From positions 96,001 to 160,000 of the forward strand of contig JBHJGN010000011.1 of assembly GCA_050331735.1 (NCBI GenBank): DNA of 64,000 nt, read 5' to 3'. Each line of letters opens with the position of its first letter. Position 1 is the stretch's first letter. The notes beneath the pieces are model-generated. The model searched no databases, was not told the origin of the DNA, and worked only from the letters and a program-made list of their open reading frames with translations. The stretch is from Cyanophyceae cyanobacterium. Lineage in GTDB: Bacteria; Cyanobacteriota; Cyanobacteriia; Cyanobacteriales; JBHJGN01. The translations under genes were made by a program, and so were the position numbers. Below are positions 48,060 to 57,887 of this stretch, in pieces.

Positions 48060-48509
48060 GTATCTATTGCTGTCAAAGCAGCTTCTTTAGTCAGTGATCT
48101 TCCTTTTCTACTTGTTGAAGGATTAGACAAGACACCGCAATCAGTTTTATCAGCCAATAAAAATTATTGTGCTGTTTTAGCATCCGAGAGCGTCGTTCGT
48201 GCTGTACAACCCAATTTCAGTCTGCTTGAGCAACTTCACCCCTATGGAGTTGTGGTAACAGCACCAGGAGATGAGGTGGATTTTGTCTCTCGCTACTTTG
48301 CTCGTAGCTACGGTGCTCCCGAAGATCCAGTGACGGGTTCAACCCACTGAACCCTAGTTCCTTATTGGGCAGAACGTTTAGGAAAAACCAAATTACACGC
48401 TCGGCAAGTTTCCCGTCGCGGTGGGGAATTGTACTGTGAAGCTCTCCAAGATAGAGTCGCAATTTCAGGTCGCGCGGTGCGCTATCTCGACGGATACATT
48501 TACATTTAG
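48060..48509 (+). pseudogene. PhzF family epimerase/isomerase pseudogene
   Basis: DFVSRYFA...EDPVTGSTH*TLVPYWAERLGK..LHARQVSRRGGEL...RVAISG. In-frame TGA at 48348 sits where Cys is usual, and the N-terminal half is absent. Confidence 0.88.
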
Positions 48510-48580
48510 TAAAGCAGGAAGTTTTAAGGGGTGATAATTAGAGACACTTTGAATGAATTTAATAGAGGTTGAGTATAGAC

Positions 48581-49534
48581 ATGCAGACAATTACTGGTTC
48601 CCTGGTTGCCCTCGTCACTCCGTTCAACGACGACCTAGAGCAAACGGTCAACTTCGATAAGCTCGAAGAGTTAATCCACTATCACGCTGATAGCGGCACG
48701 AGTGCGGTTGTCGTTTGTGGAACGACAGGGGAATCGCCGACCTTGAGTCATCAAGAACACGAACAGGTGGTTTCCAAAGCAACTCAGGTAGCCAAAGCCA
48801 GAGGGGTTAAAATTATTGCGGGTACGGGGTCCAATTCCACTAAAGAGGCGGTCAGATTTACTGCTCATGCTGCTGAAATGGGAGTAGATGCCTGCCTTGT
48901 TGTGACTCCCTATTACAACAAACCAACGCCAGCAGGGTTAATGGCGCATTTTCGGGAGTTAGACCGCATTGGTGTTCCTCTGATTGCCTACAATATTCCC
49001 GGACGCACCGGAATCAACATTGCGCCTCATACCTTTATTGAACTCGTTCATGCTTGCGAAAATATTGTTGGTCTCAAAGCTTCTAATGGCAATCTAGACG
49101 AGATTACCGAGACGGCTTACTTGCTGAGGAGTTTGCCGCGCACCTGTGCGATTTATTCTGGGGATGATTCTCTCACTCTACCGATTCTAGCGGTGGGGGG
49201 GGTTGGCGTGATTTCCGTAATTGCCAACGTACTGCCCAAAACCATGTCGCAATTGGTTCAGGAGTACCAAAGTCAACATACAGAGAGCGCTCGCACAATT
49301 GCCCAAAATCTTCACCTCTTCTGTCGTTCTCTGCTCAAAGTTGGGGCTAATCCTTCTCCAATTAAGGCGGTCATGAATATGGCGGGGATGCAGGTTGGCT
49401 CTGTCCGCAAACCTTTAGTCGATATTTCGCCTGAGCAAGCAGCGCTACTAGCAACTCAAAGCAAAAAGATGGCGGAAGATTTTGCCAATAGCAATCTTGA
49501 CTATGAAGGGTTGAATTTAACTCCTCCTCAGTGA
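48581..49534 (+). CDS. dapA: 4-hydroxy-tetrahydrodipicolinate synthase
   Basis: ALVTPF, GTTGESPTL, VTPYYNKP, YNIPGRTG, Schiff-base Lys (GLKAS) and SGDD. Confidence 0.88.
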   Translation: MQTITGSLVALVTPFNDDLEQTVNFDKLEELIHYHADSGTSAVVVCGTTGESPTLSHQEHEQVVSKATQVAKARGVKIIAGTGSNSTKEAVRFTAHAAEMGVDACLVVTPYYNKPTPAGLMAHFRELDRIGVPLIAYNIPGRTGINIAPHTFIELVHACENIVGLKASNGNLDEITETAYLLRSLPRTCAIYSGDDSLTLPILAVGGVGVISVIANVLPKTMSQLVQEYQSQHTESARTIAQNLHLFCRSLLKVGANPSPIKAVMNMAGMQVGSVRKPLVDISPEQAALLATQSKKMAEDFANSNLDYEGLNLTPPQ

Positions 49535-49539
49535 ATCCG

Positions 49540-50655
49540 ATGAAGCTACCTGCGTTTAAATTAGAGAGATACTTTGCCCAGTATGAATTTAAAGCACCAT
49601 ACCTCCTCTGTAGCTCTGATTGTGAATCGATGTCAATTGACGAACTCCTGAGCTTTGAGCCAGGTGCAGAGCAGGCTTTCAAACAGCAGTGGCTTGGCTA
49701 TACCGAAAGCGCTGGTAGTCCACAACTCCGTTCCCGAATTGCTCGCGCTTATCAGAGTATTGAGGCAGATGAGGTTCTCGTTCATGCTGGCGCAGAGGAA
49801 GCTATCTTTATCTTTATGAATGTGGCACTTGAGCCGGAAGACCATATCATCGTGCATTTTCCCTGCTATCCCTCCTTGAGAGAGATTGCTCAGTCAGTGG
49901 GATGCGAGGTCACGTTATGGGAAACAAACGAGGAAAATAGTTGGGAGCTGGATCTAGAGTTCCTCCAGCGAAGGATTCAAACTAATACCCAAGCGATTAT
50001 TATTAACTGTCCTCACAATCCCACAGGCTACGTGATGAGCCAGGACAAGCTAGAGGAGCTGGTGGCGATCGCCCGCTCTGACAATATCCTGCTCTTCTCC
50101 GATGAAGTATACCGTTTTTTGGAGCGAGAAGAAACTCTCCCCGCCGCCTGTGACCTGTACGAACAGGCCGTCTCTTTGGGGGTGATGTCGAAAACCTACG
50201 GATTAGCTGGCTTACGCATTGGCTGGATTGCCACTCGTAACCGAGATATCTATCAGAGAATGGCGGCTTTTAAAGATTACACTTCTATCTGCAATAGTGC
50301 GCCAAGCGAATTTTTAGCCACCGTTGCTCTTAAGCACAAAGAAGCAATTATTCAGAGAAATCGGTCGATTATTGCGGATAATCTCCAACTGCTGGAGACT
50401 TTTTTCGCTCAATACTCTAATGTTTTTCGCTGGAATCCCCCCCAAGGAGGGTCAACCGCTTTTCCTCGTTTGCAAACGGATATTGGCGTTGAAGAGTTCT
50501 GCCACAATCTCGTTACTCAAACAGGAGTGTTGCTGCTTCCCAGCACCTGCTTCGACTACGGTAATCAGCACTTTCGTCTAGGATTGGGACGCAAAAACTT
50601 GCCGGAGTGTTTGGAAAAGCTGGCAGAGTATCTTGAAGATGGGGAGATCCCGTAA
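49540..50655 (+). CDS. Class I/II PLP-dependent aminotransferase-fold enzyme (VioD/CmnD-like subgroup)
   Basis: FKLERYFAQYEF..LCSSDCES, PHNPTG, SDEVY and SKTYGLAGLRIGW motifs. Confidence 0.88.
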   Translation: MKLPAFKLERYFAQYEFKAPYLLCSSDCESMSIDELLSFEPGAEQAFKQQWLGYTESAGSPQLRSRIARAYQSIEADEVLVHAGAEEAIFIFMNVALEPEDHIIVHFPCYPSLREIAQSVGCEVTLWETNEENSWELDLEFLQRRIQTNTQAIIINCPHNPTGYVMSQDKLEELVAIARSDNILLFSDEVYRFLEREETLPAACDLYEQAVSLGVMSKTYGLAGLRIGWIATRNRDIYQRMAAFKDYTSICNSAPSEFLATVALKHKEAIIQRNRSIIADNLQLLETFFAQYSNVFRWNPPQGGSTAFPRLQTDIGVEEFCHNLVTQTGVLLLPSTCFDYGNQHFRLGLGRKNLPECLEKLAEYLEDGEIP

Positions 50656-50670
50656 ACAGGAGTAGACTCC

Positions 50671-51369
50671 TTACTCTATCGGCGCTACTTCGATAAATGT
50701 CTCCGGCGGATAGGTTTCAGCACTGATGCAGGCTTCCATCGCATCGGCAGGAGCTAAATCAGGAATGCCCTGACTTAAGCCCACAACACAGTCTGAGTGT
50801 CGTTCCGGTAGTATACTGCGACGGCAGGTATTTAGGGCCAGTAAAGTGATCGGCTGAATTAGCTCATTGAGCGTTTCTGTTGCCACACCTACGCTAGGAG
50901 CAGCTTCTTCAACTGTATCCTCGGCTGTATCAGTACCATCCTCATCCTCGACTGTATCAGAGCCGTTTTCAGGAACAATGTCCTCCTCACTATCGGGAAC
51001 CTCTGTAGTCGGAGGAGCGTTAATGGTTGAAATCCTGACGACGTAGGGCTCTAATACGTCTTGACGAATATCGACGACGCACTCTGCTAATTCAATCGGT
51101 CGTCTGTCTCGATAGCAGGCTTCTAAGGCTTCGTCAGCACTGATAAACGTTCTCGATTGAATTTCTAAGACGCATTCGGCTAATACTTCTGGCTCTAGGG
51201 CTTCTGCACAGGCAACGGCAGCGGTTTCCCCAGATACTCCGCTATTCAAAAGCTCTCTGGAACAGTCATCGAAACTTGCCTGGGCAGGATAACGAGGCAG
51301 TGCTAACGCCAGTAATCCTAGCCCTAAAGGGACTATTGCTGTTGAGCGCATCCAGCCTAAATGCATCAT
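50671..51369 (-). CDS. Exported hypothetical protein with paired-Cys helical repeats
   Basis: Signal peptide (AQA), repeats AC....P..LAECV..I and an acidic insert. Confidence 0.75.
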   Translation of the reverse strand: MMHLGWMRSTAIVPLGLGLLALALPRYPAQASFDDCSRELLNSGVSGETAAVACAEALEPEVLAECVLEIQSRTFISADEALEACYRDRRPIELAECVVDIRQDVLEPYVVRISTINAPPTTEVPDSEEDIVPENGSDTVEDEDGTDTAEDTVEEAAPSVGVATETLNELIQPITLLALNTCRRSILPERHSDCVVGLSQGIPDLAPADAMEACISAETYPPETFIEVAPIE

Positions 51370-51446
51370 GATTGAGGACGACGAAGACGAATAGGGTACA
51401 GCTTTAAACTATACCCTGTTTTGCGATCATTTATGCTGGCTCTGCT

Positions 51447-52619
51447 TCAGTATTCTGGAACCGAGGAATCAATTTCCCGGCTCCAAGCTGTAATCCCGCC
51501 TCTAACGTTCGTTCCTTCAATGCCAGCCTGTTTGAGAATCCCGAGCGCTTTAGCAGAACGCCCGCCCATTTTACAGTGAGCGACAAGGCGATGACCGTTC
51601 ACTAACTCTCTCACTTTCTCGATTCCTGAACCACTTTCAATATCTGGCAGCGGAACCAAAACAGAACCAGGAATGCTGGCAATTTCGTACTCATTCGGGT
51701 TGCGGACATCTAACAGCACTAAGTTATCAGCATCGTGCTCTAGTAGCTCTTTCAACTCCTGGACCGTCATTTCTGGGATCGCCATTTGCTGTTTAGCCTC
51801 CTCTGCTTTAGCTTGGGGAATGCCGCAAAACTGTTCGTAATCAACGAGCTTTTCAATAACGGGACGCTCGGGATTGGGACGCAGCTTCAGCTCGCGGAAC
51901 TTCATGTCTAGGGCATTGTATAGCAGCAAACGACCGCTGAGGGTGTTTTCTGCCCCTAAGATAATTTTGATCGTTTCTGTCGCCTGGATAGAGCCAATGA
52001 TGCCACACAATACGCCAAGAACACCTCCTTCAGCGCAGGAGGGAACCATTCCTGGCGGCGGCGGCTCTGGGAATAAGTCGCGGTAGTTGGGTCCATCTTG
52101 GTAGTTAAAGACCGTCGCCTGACCTTCAAAGCGGAAAATCGACCCGTAAACGTTAGGCTTGTTGAGCAGGACGCAGGCATCGTTAGTTAGGTAGCGAGTG
52201 GGAAAGTTGTCGGTCCCGTCAACGACAACATCGTAGGGAGCGAGGATATCGAGGGCGTTTTCAGAGGTCAGACGAGTTTCATAAAGGTCTACCTGGCAGG
52301 CGGGATTGATTTCGAGAATACGGTTTTTCGCTGATTCGATCTTAGGCTTGTCCACCCAGGAAGACCCGTGAATGATTTGACGCTGTAAGTTGGAGCTATC
52401 CACCACATCAAAATCGACGATACCGATCCTGCCGATTCCAGCAGCGGCCAAATACAGCAGCAGCGGAGAACCCAGTCCTCCCGTGCCAATACAAACGACG
52501 CTGGCAGCTTTGAGGCGCTTTTGCCCGTCTAACCCCACCTCTGGCAAAATAATATGGCGCGAGTAGCGCTGGTATTCTTCTTTAGAGAGTTCGATGTCAT
52601 CCAGATTAGGATTAAGCAT
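51447..52619 (-). CDS. moeB: MoeB/MoeZ molybdopterin-synthase adenylyltransferase with rhodanese domain
   Basis: RYSRH, GTGGLG, SNLQRQ, DGTDNF, SCAEGG and rhodanese CKMGGRS. Confidence 0.95.
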   Translation of the reverse strand: MLNPNLDDIELSKEEYQRYSRHIILPEVGLDGQKRLKAASVVCIGTGGLGSPLLLYLAAAGIGRIGIVDFDVVDSSNLQRQIIHGSSWVDKPKIESAKNRILEINPACQVDLYETRLTSENALDILAPYDVVVDGTDNFPTRYLTNDACVLLNKPNVYGSIFRFEGQATVFNYQDGPNYRDLFPEPPPPGMVPSCAEGGVLGVLCGIIGSIQATETIKIILGAENTLSGRLLLYNALDMKFRELKLRPNPERPVIEKLVDYEQFCGIPQAKAEEAKQQMAIPEMTVQELKELLEHDADNLVLLDVRNPNEYEIASIPGSVLVPLPDIESGSGIEKVRELVNGHRLVAHCKMGGRSAKALGILKQAGIEGTNVRGGITAWSREIDSSVPEY

Positions 52620-52682
52620 AGCTATTACATCTGAATCGATCAGGCTTTTGATAGTCAAGAAAATGTATTGTAATCTTTTCCC

Positions 52683-53156
52683 TTAACTTTTGGCGGTTTC
52701 TGCATCAATAATTAAAATTTCTTCGGATTGAAATTGCCCCTCCTCAAGGGTCCAGCAGCGCACCTCAACCGCTCGACCTTCTGTAACAGATACAATAATG
52801 TAGGAGTAAACTGACCAGGCGATCGCCCGGTCGAACTCAGACGGAACCGCTATACCGTCGGGATGGGAATGATACACGCCGATAATATCTAAGTGGCGAT
52901 CACGGGCCCGTTTTTGCACCTGAAGCATCACTTCTGGGGCAATGCTGAAGCGGTTGCGCTTGCTGGTGTTGGTCGCCGTATCTCGTTGAGCCGCCACGAC
53001 TGCTGGGCTCCAGCTATTCTCGGTCGGTACTACTTCTCGGAGCAGCTTACAACTATTATCGCTGCTACCGAGCAGCAAGCCGCAGCATTCAGCGGGATAG
53101 TCTTGTTCTGCATGAGTGCGTATTTGATGGAGTTGTTCTTTAAGTCCTTTAATCAC
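52683..53156 (-). CDS. M67 (JAB/Mov34) metallopeptidase
   Basis: YPAECCGLL and JAMM motif YHSHP...PSEFD. Confidence 0.92.
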   Translation of the reverse strand: MIKGLKEQLHQIRTHAEQDYPAECCGLLLGSSDNSCKLLREVVPTENSWSPAVVAAQRDTATNTSKRNRFSIAPEVMLQVQKRARDRHLDIIGVYHSHPDGIAVPSEFDRAIAWSVYSYIIVSVTEGRAVEVRCWTLEEGQFQSEEILIIDAETAKS

Positions 53157-53287
53157 TTTGTTGATCGCTCATCGTTGATTGTTTGGCTCCTTAAAACCTA
53201 GGCCAAATTGAGCATTGAATTGGGAATTTTAAATTCCGATCAGAACGCGCTATACTCCTGTCGGATTAGTTGATCGGCAGAATAATT

Positions 53288-54643
53288 ATGGTAGCGGTAG
53301 CAATTTTAGCGGCTGGCAGGGGAACCCGGATGAAGTCTAGTCTTCCCAAGGTTTTACATTCTTTAGGAGGACGTTCGCTCGTAGAGCGTACTCTTGATAG
53401 CTGTCGGCTCATTGAACCAACTCGCTCTTTGGTCATTGTTGGCTATCAAGCCCAACAGGTCAAGCAGGCGCTATCAGCACGAGCAGAAGTCGAGTTTGTC
53501 GAGCAACTTCAGCAGCTCGGAACAGGACACGCTATTCAACAGCTTTTGCCCCACCTTCAGGAGTTCACCGGCGATTTGATTGTGCTGAACGGAGATGTCC
53601 CTCTACTCCGACCTGAAACGCTTCAAAGACTCCTACAGGTGCATCAATCTCATCACAATGCGGCAACTTTGCTAACGGCGCAATTACCGGAACCACAAGG
53701 CTATGGACGGGTTTTCTGCAATGGGGGCAACAAAGTGACGCAAATTGTGGAAGACCGCGACTGTACCGCCGCACAGAAGCACAATCACCGCATCAATGCC
53801 GGGGTGTACTGCTTTAACTGGATGAAGCTGGCTGAGGTGCTGCCCAAACTTTCTGCGAATAACGAGCAGCAGGAGTATTATCTCACGGAGGTCGTTGACT
53901 ATTTAGAGCCAGTGATGGCGGTTGATGTGGATGACTATCTAGAAATTACCGGCATTAACGATCGCCTTCAGCTAGCCGCCGCTAGCAAAATTCTACATGA
54001 CCGCATCAAAGAGCAGTGGATGGCAGCCGGAGTGACGCTTGTCGATCCCAATAGCGTTACGATCGATGAGACCGTTAAGCTAGAGCCAGACGTAGTTATT
54101 GAGCCGCAAACGCATCTGCGGGGGAATACGGTAATTGCTTCGGGATGCCGCCTTGGTCCGGGGAGCCTGATTGAAAATAGCGAGCTCGCCCACAACGTGA
54201 CGGTGCTGTATTCTGTCGTGAGCGACTCCCAAATTGCTTCCCAGTCCCGGATCGGTCCCTACGCCCATCTGCGCGGACAGGCCCAAATTGGGGAGGCGTG
54301 TCGCATCGGCAACTTCGTTGAAGTGAAGAAGTCAACTCTCGGTGACAAAACGAACGCTGCGCACCTGGCGTACATAGGAGATGCCACTTTGGGAACTCGC
54401 GTTAACATTGGCGCTGGGACGATTACAGCCAATTATGATGGGGTTAACAAGCATTCTACCCGGATTGGTGACGATACGAAAACAGGGGCCAATAGCGTCC
54501 TAGTTGCTCCGGTGACCGTGGGAGAAGGAGTTACGATTGCGGCGGGATCGGTGATTACTAAAGATGTTCCTGATGAGGCGCTGGCGATCGCGCGATCGCG
54601 GCAGGTTATTCATCAAGGCTGGCGGATGCCTCCTCGGCAGTGA
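53288..54643 (+). CDS. glmU: Bifunctional UDP-GlcNAc pyrophosphorylase / glucosamine-1-phosphate acetyltransferase
   Basis: [27 protein letters not shown], hexapeptide repeats and NYDG. Confidence 0.97.
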   Translation: MVAVAILAAGRGTRMKSSLPKVLHSLGGRSLVERTLDSCRLIEPTRSLVIVGYQAQQVKQALSARAEVEFVEQLQQLGTGHAIQQLLPHLQEFTGDLIVLNGDVPLLRPETLQRLLQVHQSHHNAATLLTAQLPEPQGYGRVFCNGGNKVTQIVEDRDCTAAQKHNHRINAGVYCFNWMKLAEVLPKLSANNEQQEYYLTEVVDYLEPVMAVDVDDYLEITGINDRLQLAAASKILHDRIKEQWMAAGVTLVDPNSVTIDETVKLEPDVVIEPQTHLRGNTVIASGCRLGPGSLIENSELAHNVTVLYSVVSDSQIASQSRIGPYAHLRGQAQIGEACRIGNFVEVKKSTLGDKTNAAHLAYIGDATLGTRVNIGAGTITANYDGVNKHSTRIGDDTKTGANSVLVAPVTVGEGVTIAAGSVITKDVPDEALAIARSRQVIHQGWRMPPRQ

Positions 54644-54761
54644 CTCGTCAACAGTACCCAGGGTCCAAGAACCAATGGCAAAAGTGTCCTTCAGGAGGAA
54701 GACATTTTTCGCGAAGAAAAGTAACGTAAATATGTAATCAAAAACGTCAATTAGTTTAGCT

Positions 54762-55490
54762 ATGGACGATCAACACAGCACCAAGAAAAAAGAAACGGTC
54801 ACCTCCAGAATCTCTCCCTGGTTGGCCCGCTTGCTCTATCCCCTTGGCTGTTATGTTGTGCTGCCACTTTTCTTTGGTCGTCTAGAAGTGACTGGACAGG
54901 AAAATATTCCCCGTTCTGGCCCAGTAATTGTTGCTCCAACCCATCGCTCTCGCTGGGATGCGCTTGTTGTTCCGTATGCCGTTGGTCGGCTAGTGAGCGG
55001 GCGCGATCTGCACTATATGGTGTCTGTTAATGAAATGAAGGGAATTCAGGGCTGGTTTATTCGGCGCATGGGCGGCTTTCCCGTCGATCCAGAGCATCCT
55101 GGCATCAGGACGCTCCGTCACAGCGTCGAGCTACTGAGCGAGGACAAGATGCTCGTCATTTTTCCTGAAGGCGCTTTAAGACACGGAGGCGTCTATCGTG
55201 ATGAGTGGATTCATCCCTTGCAGCGTGGTGTTGCCACTGTTGCTCTTGAGGCTGAATCGAGGCGACCTGGATGTGGAGCGCACATCCTTCCTGTAAGCAT
55301 CAAGTATTCAGAGGCCTATCCACGATGGGGAACCGAGGTCAAAGTTGATATTGGGGTTTCTCTTCGCGTAGCTGATTATGGAGACAAGTCCTCAAAAAAA
55401 AGCTCGCAACGACTAACGGCGGACTTAGAAGCAGCTCTGAAAAAACTTTATGAACCTTCAGACCGTTCCCAGCCGGTGTCGGCGGCTTGA
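54762..55490 (+). CDS. Lysophospholipid acyltransferase (PlsC family)
   Basis: HRSRWD (HxxxxD) and IFPEG motifs. Confidence 0.9.
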   Translation: MDDQHSTKKKETVTSRISPWLARLLYPLGCYVVLPLFFGRLEVTGQENIPRSGPVIVAPTHRSRWDALVVPYAVGRLVSGRDLHYMVSVNEMKGIQGWFIRRMGGFPVDPEHPGIRTLRHSVELLSEDKMLVIFPEGALRHGGVYRDEWIHPLQRGVATVALEAESRRPGCGAHILPVSIKYSEAYPRWGTEVKVDIGVSLRVADYGDKSSKKSSQRLTADLEAALKKLYEPSDRSQPVSAA

Positions 55491-55780
55491 GGAAAGGCGC
55501 AATGGGTATCTGAGCGGGCACTGCTAGAATAGTCTAATTTTGATAACTGCTGTTGAGCACGCAGTGCCCATAGTGCCCTGCTTGTAAGTCCTGTGGTACA
55601 AACGCTCACCTCCACTTTGACAGGGGGAGTTCTTCGCTCTTAGCGGTTAGCTATAGATTGGCTAGTCCAGCTCGTTGCTGGGAAGGGAGTAGTTTGAGCT
55701 ACAAAATCTTAAGAAAGTTTAAGCCATAATAGTTAGCTGAAGGATAAACGGCAAGAGTGTCTTTTGATGGCGATCGCTGA

Positions 55781-57466
55781 ATGAAACCCAAAATTATTGT
55801 CAGTGGCTTAGGTCGAACTGGATACAAAATTTTCACCCTGCTCAAGCAGCAGGGAGCCGAGGTAACAGGCATCAGCGACCGCCCAATGGTCAGCAATGGT
55901 CAAATTGTGGTTGGCGATCTGCGCGATCCGGCAACGCTCGCTCAAGCTGGCATCAAGGACGCTCAGACGCTCGTGCTTGCCAATAACGACGATGCTCTTA
56001 ATTTAGCGATCCTGACTCAGGCGCGAGTGATCAATCCCCACATTCGGATCATTAACCGCTTGTATAACCGCACCCTGGGACAACGGCTAGACCGCACTCT
56101 CCCCAACCACGTCAGCATGAGTGTCTCTTCCTTAGCTGCCCCGATATTTTCCTTTGCAGCGATGGGGAATCAGGCGATCGGCCAGCTACGTTTATTTCAC
56201 CAAACCTGGCCCCTCCACGAAGAAGTAATTACCGACTCCCATCCTTGGCTAGGGCTGAAGCTAAGCGAACTGTGGGATAATCCGTCTCGGATGCTGATCT
56301 ACTATCTGCCCGCCCAGGGAGAAATTGATTTAGTGTCCGCTGTCACCCAGGGCAGACGGCTAGAACCAGGCGATCATCTGATCGTTGGTACTCTGCCCAC
56401 CATGCATACCCGACGACGGTCGCGGATACGCAAGTTAGTCAAGGCGATTCTTAACGTCAGAAAATATCGCAGTCACGGTCGTCCGGTCGCTCTCGCCACG
56501 CTGTCGTTGCTGCTGGCAATTTTCTTGGCTACGCTCACCTACGTCAGCGTTAACTTAAATACCTCCATTGTCGATGCACTCTACTTCTCCGTGGGGATGA
56601 TTACCGGAGCCGGAGGTCAAGAGCAGGTCGCCGAACAATCTCCCAGCGGCATCAAAGTGTTTACGGCTTTGATGATGCTGGTGGGCGCTGGAGTAATTGG
56701 CATCTGCTACGCGCTGATCAACGATTTTATCCTCGGGAGCCGTCTGAAGCAGTTTTGGGATGCGGCCCGAATTCCGACTCGCAACCACTATATCGTGTGC
56801 GGTTTAGGAGGAGTGGGCATGCAGATCGTTCATCAACTCCACTCTCAAGGACACGATGTGGTGGCCGTTGAGTGCGACCACAACAACCGCTTTCTCCATA
56901 CGGTGCGCTCCCTTAGCGTACCGGTGATCATCGAAGATGCTAGCCTCGCCTCAACCCTTCAGGCGGCCAACAGCGATCGCGCGACGGCTCTGATTGCCGC
57001 GACCAGTAACGACATGACCAACGTCGAGATCGCCCTCACGGCTAAAGCGGTCGATCCTCAACTTCCGGTCGTCGTCCGCATTCAGGAACCTCAATTTGCT
57101 CGTTCGGTGCAGGAGGTGTTTGATTTTGAAACGGTGCTGTCTCCGGTGGAGTTGGCAACTCATTCCTTTGCCGCCGCTGCGCTGGGGGGCAAGATCCTTG
57201 GCAACGGCATGACTAACGATCTGCTCTGGGTGGCGATCGCTACTATGATTACGCCCAGGCATCCTTTTTGCAACCACAGCATCGCCAAAGCCGCCATGAA
57301 AGCCGATTTTGTGCCCCTTTATCTAGAAAGAAATCAGCAAACGATTCACGGCTGGACCCTCTTAGAAATCGTGCTTAAACCAGGCGATGTTCTGTATTTG
57401 ACTATGCCTGCCACCCGCTTAAAGCAGCTTTGGCAAGCCACTCCCACTCAGCTATCTATGAGCTAG
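55781..57466 (+). CDS. Potassium channel-family protein with two TrkA-N (RCK) domains
   Basis: GLGRTG and GLGGVG Rossmann motifs flank TM-pore-TM (DALYFSVGMITGAGG). Confidence 0.88.
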   Translation: MKPKIIVSGLGRTGYKIFTLLKQQGAEVTGISDRPMVSNGQIVVGDLRDPATLAQAGIKDAQTLVLANNDDALNLAILTQARVINPHIRIINRLYNRTLGQRLDRTLPNHVSMSVSSLAAPIFSFAAMGNQAIGQLRLFHQTWPLHEEVITDSHPWLGLKLSELWDNPSRMLIYYLPAQGEIDLVSAVTQGRRLEPGDHLIVGTLPTMHTRRRSRIRKLVKAILNVRKYRSHGRPVALATLSLLLAIFLATLTYVSVNLNTSIVDALYFSVGMITGAGGQEQVAEQSPSGIKVFTALMMLVGAGVIGICYALINDFILGSRLKQFWDAARIPTRNHYIVCGLGGVGMQIVHQLHSQGHDVVAVECDHNNRFLHTVRSLSVPVIIEDASLASTLQAANSDRATALIAATSNDMTNVEIALTAKAVDPQLPVVVRIQEPQFARSVQEVFDFETVLSPVELATHSFAAAALGGKILGNGMTNDLLWVAIATMITPRHPFCNHSIAKAAMKADFVPLYLERNQQTIHGWTLLEIVLKPGDVLYLTMPATRLKQLWQATPTQLSMS

Positions 57467-57887
57467 CCAGTTGCTGCGCGATAGGAGCAGCACTGGTCAG
57501 AAAGAGCAGCCAACAATATCAGAGCGGTTGAATAGAAGAAAGCGGGGTTTTCTTGAGGGCACACCGTCAAACTTGTCTGAACGCGAAAATTGTCAACAGG
57601 GAGCCGAGGTCGCTGTACAGCGCCGTCAGCCCCTGACTGCTAATAGGAAATCCTTAAGTGCTTGCTATAGATGGCAGTCAGGAGGCAGGAGGTAGAGAAG
57701 AAAATCTATCGGTAGCAGACTTTTTTCGATTTCATGTAAAATACATTGCTGGCTCTAGTATTGGAGAGAATATTCTATCTAGGTTGACCGAATACTCACT
57801 CTCGGTTTAGGGTTGCTAGGGCAAGAGTACTAATAGGCAGAGAAAGATACAATAGAATAGCGACATCGATTCTATTGGGGATTCATC

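Noticed and set aside
48348..48350. Selenocysteine or readthrough at the in-frame TGA of phzF
   Set aside because: The gene also lacks its N-terminal half and no SECIS-like hairpin is evident. A TGY-to-TGA nonsense mutation is the simpler explanation.
48581..50655. Azomycin-type RohP/RohR cassette
   Set aside because: The PLP enzyme lacks the MppP/RohP-like N-terminal signature, DapA keeps canonical DHDPS residues, and no RohQ/RohS-like genes are present.
51447..53156. JAB + E1-like pair as a ubiquitin-like or CBASS defence system
   Set aside because: The E1 is a typical MoeZ with rhodanese. There is no E2, Ubl, CD-NTase or effector nearby, and the pair is a common sulfur-carrier housekeeping arrangement.
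55491..55780. c-di-AMP (ydaO) riboswitch upstream of the K+ channel gene
   Set aside because: Only a 9-bp IR (GGGCACTGC/GCAGTGCCC) and small hairpins are present. The ydaO consensus blocks are not recognisable.
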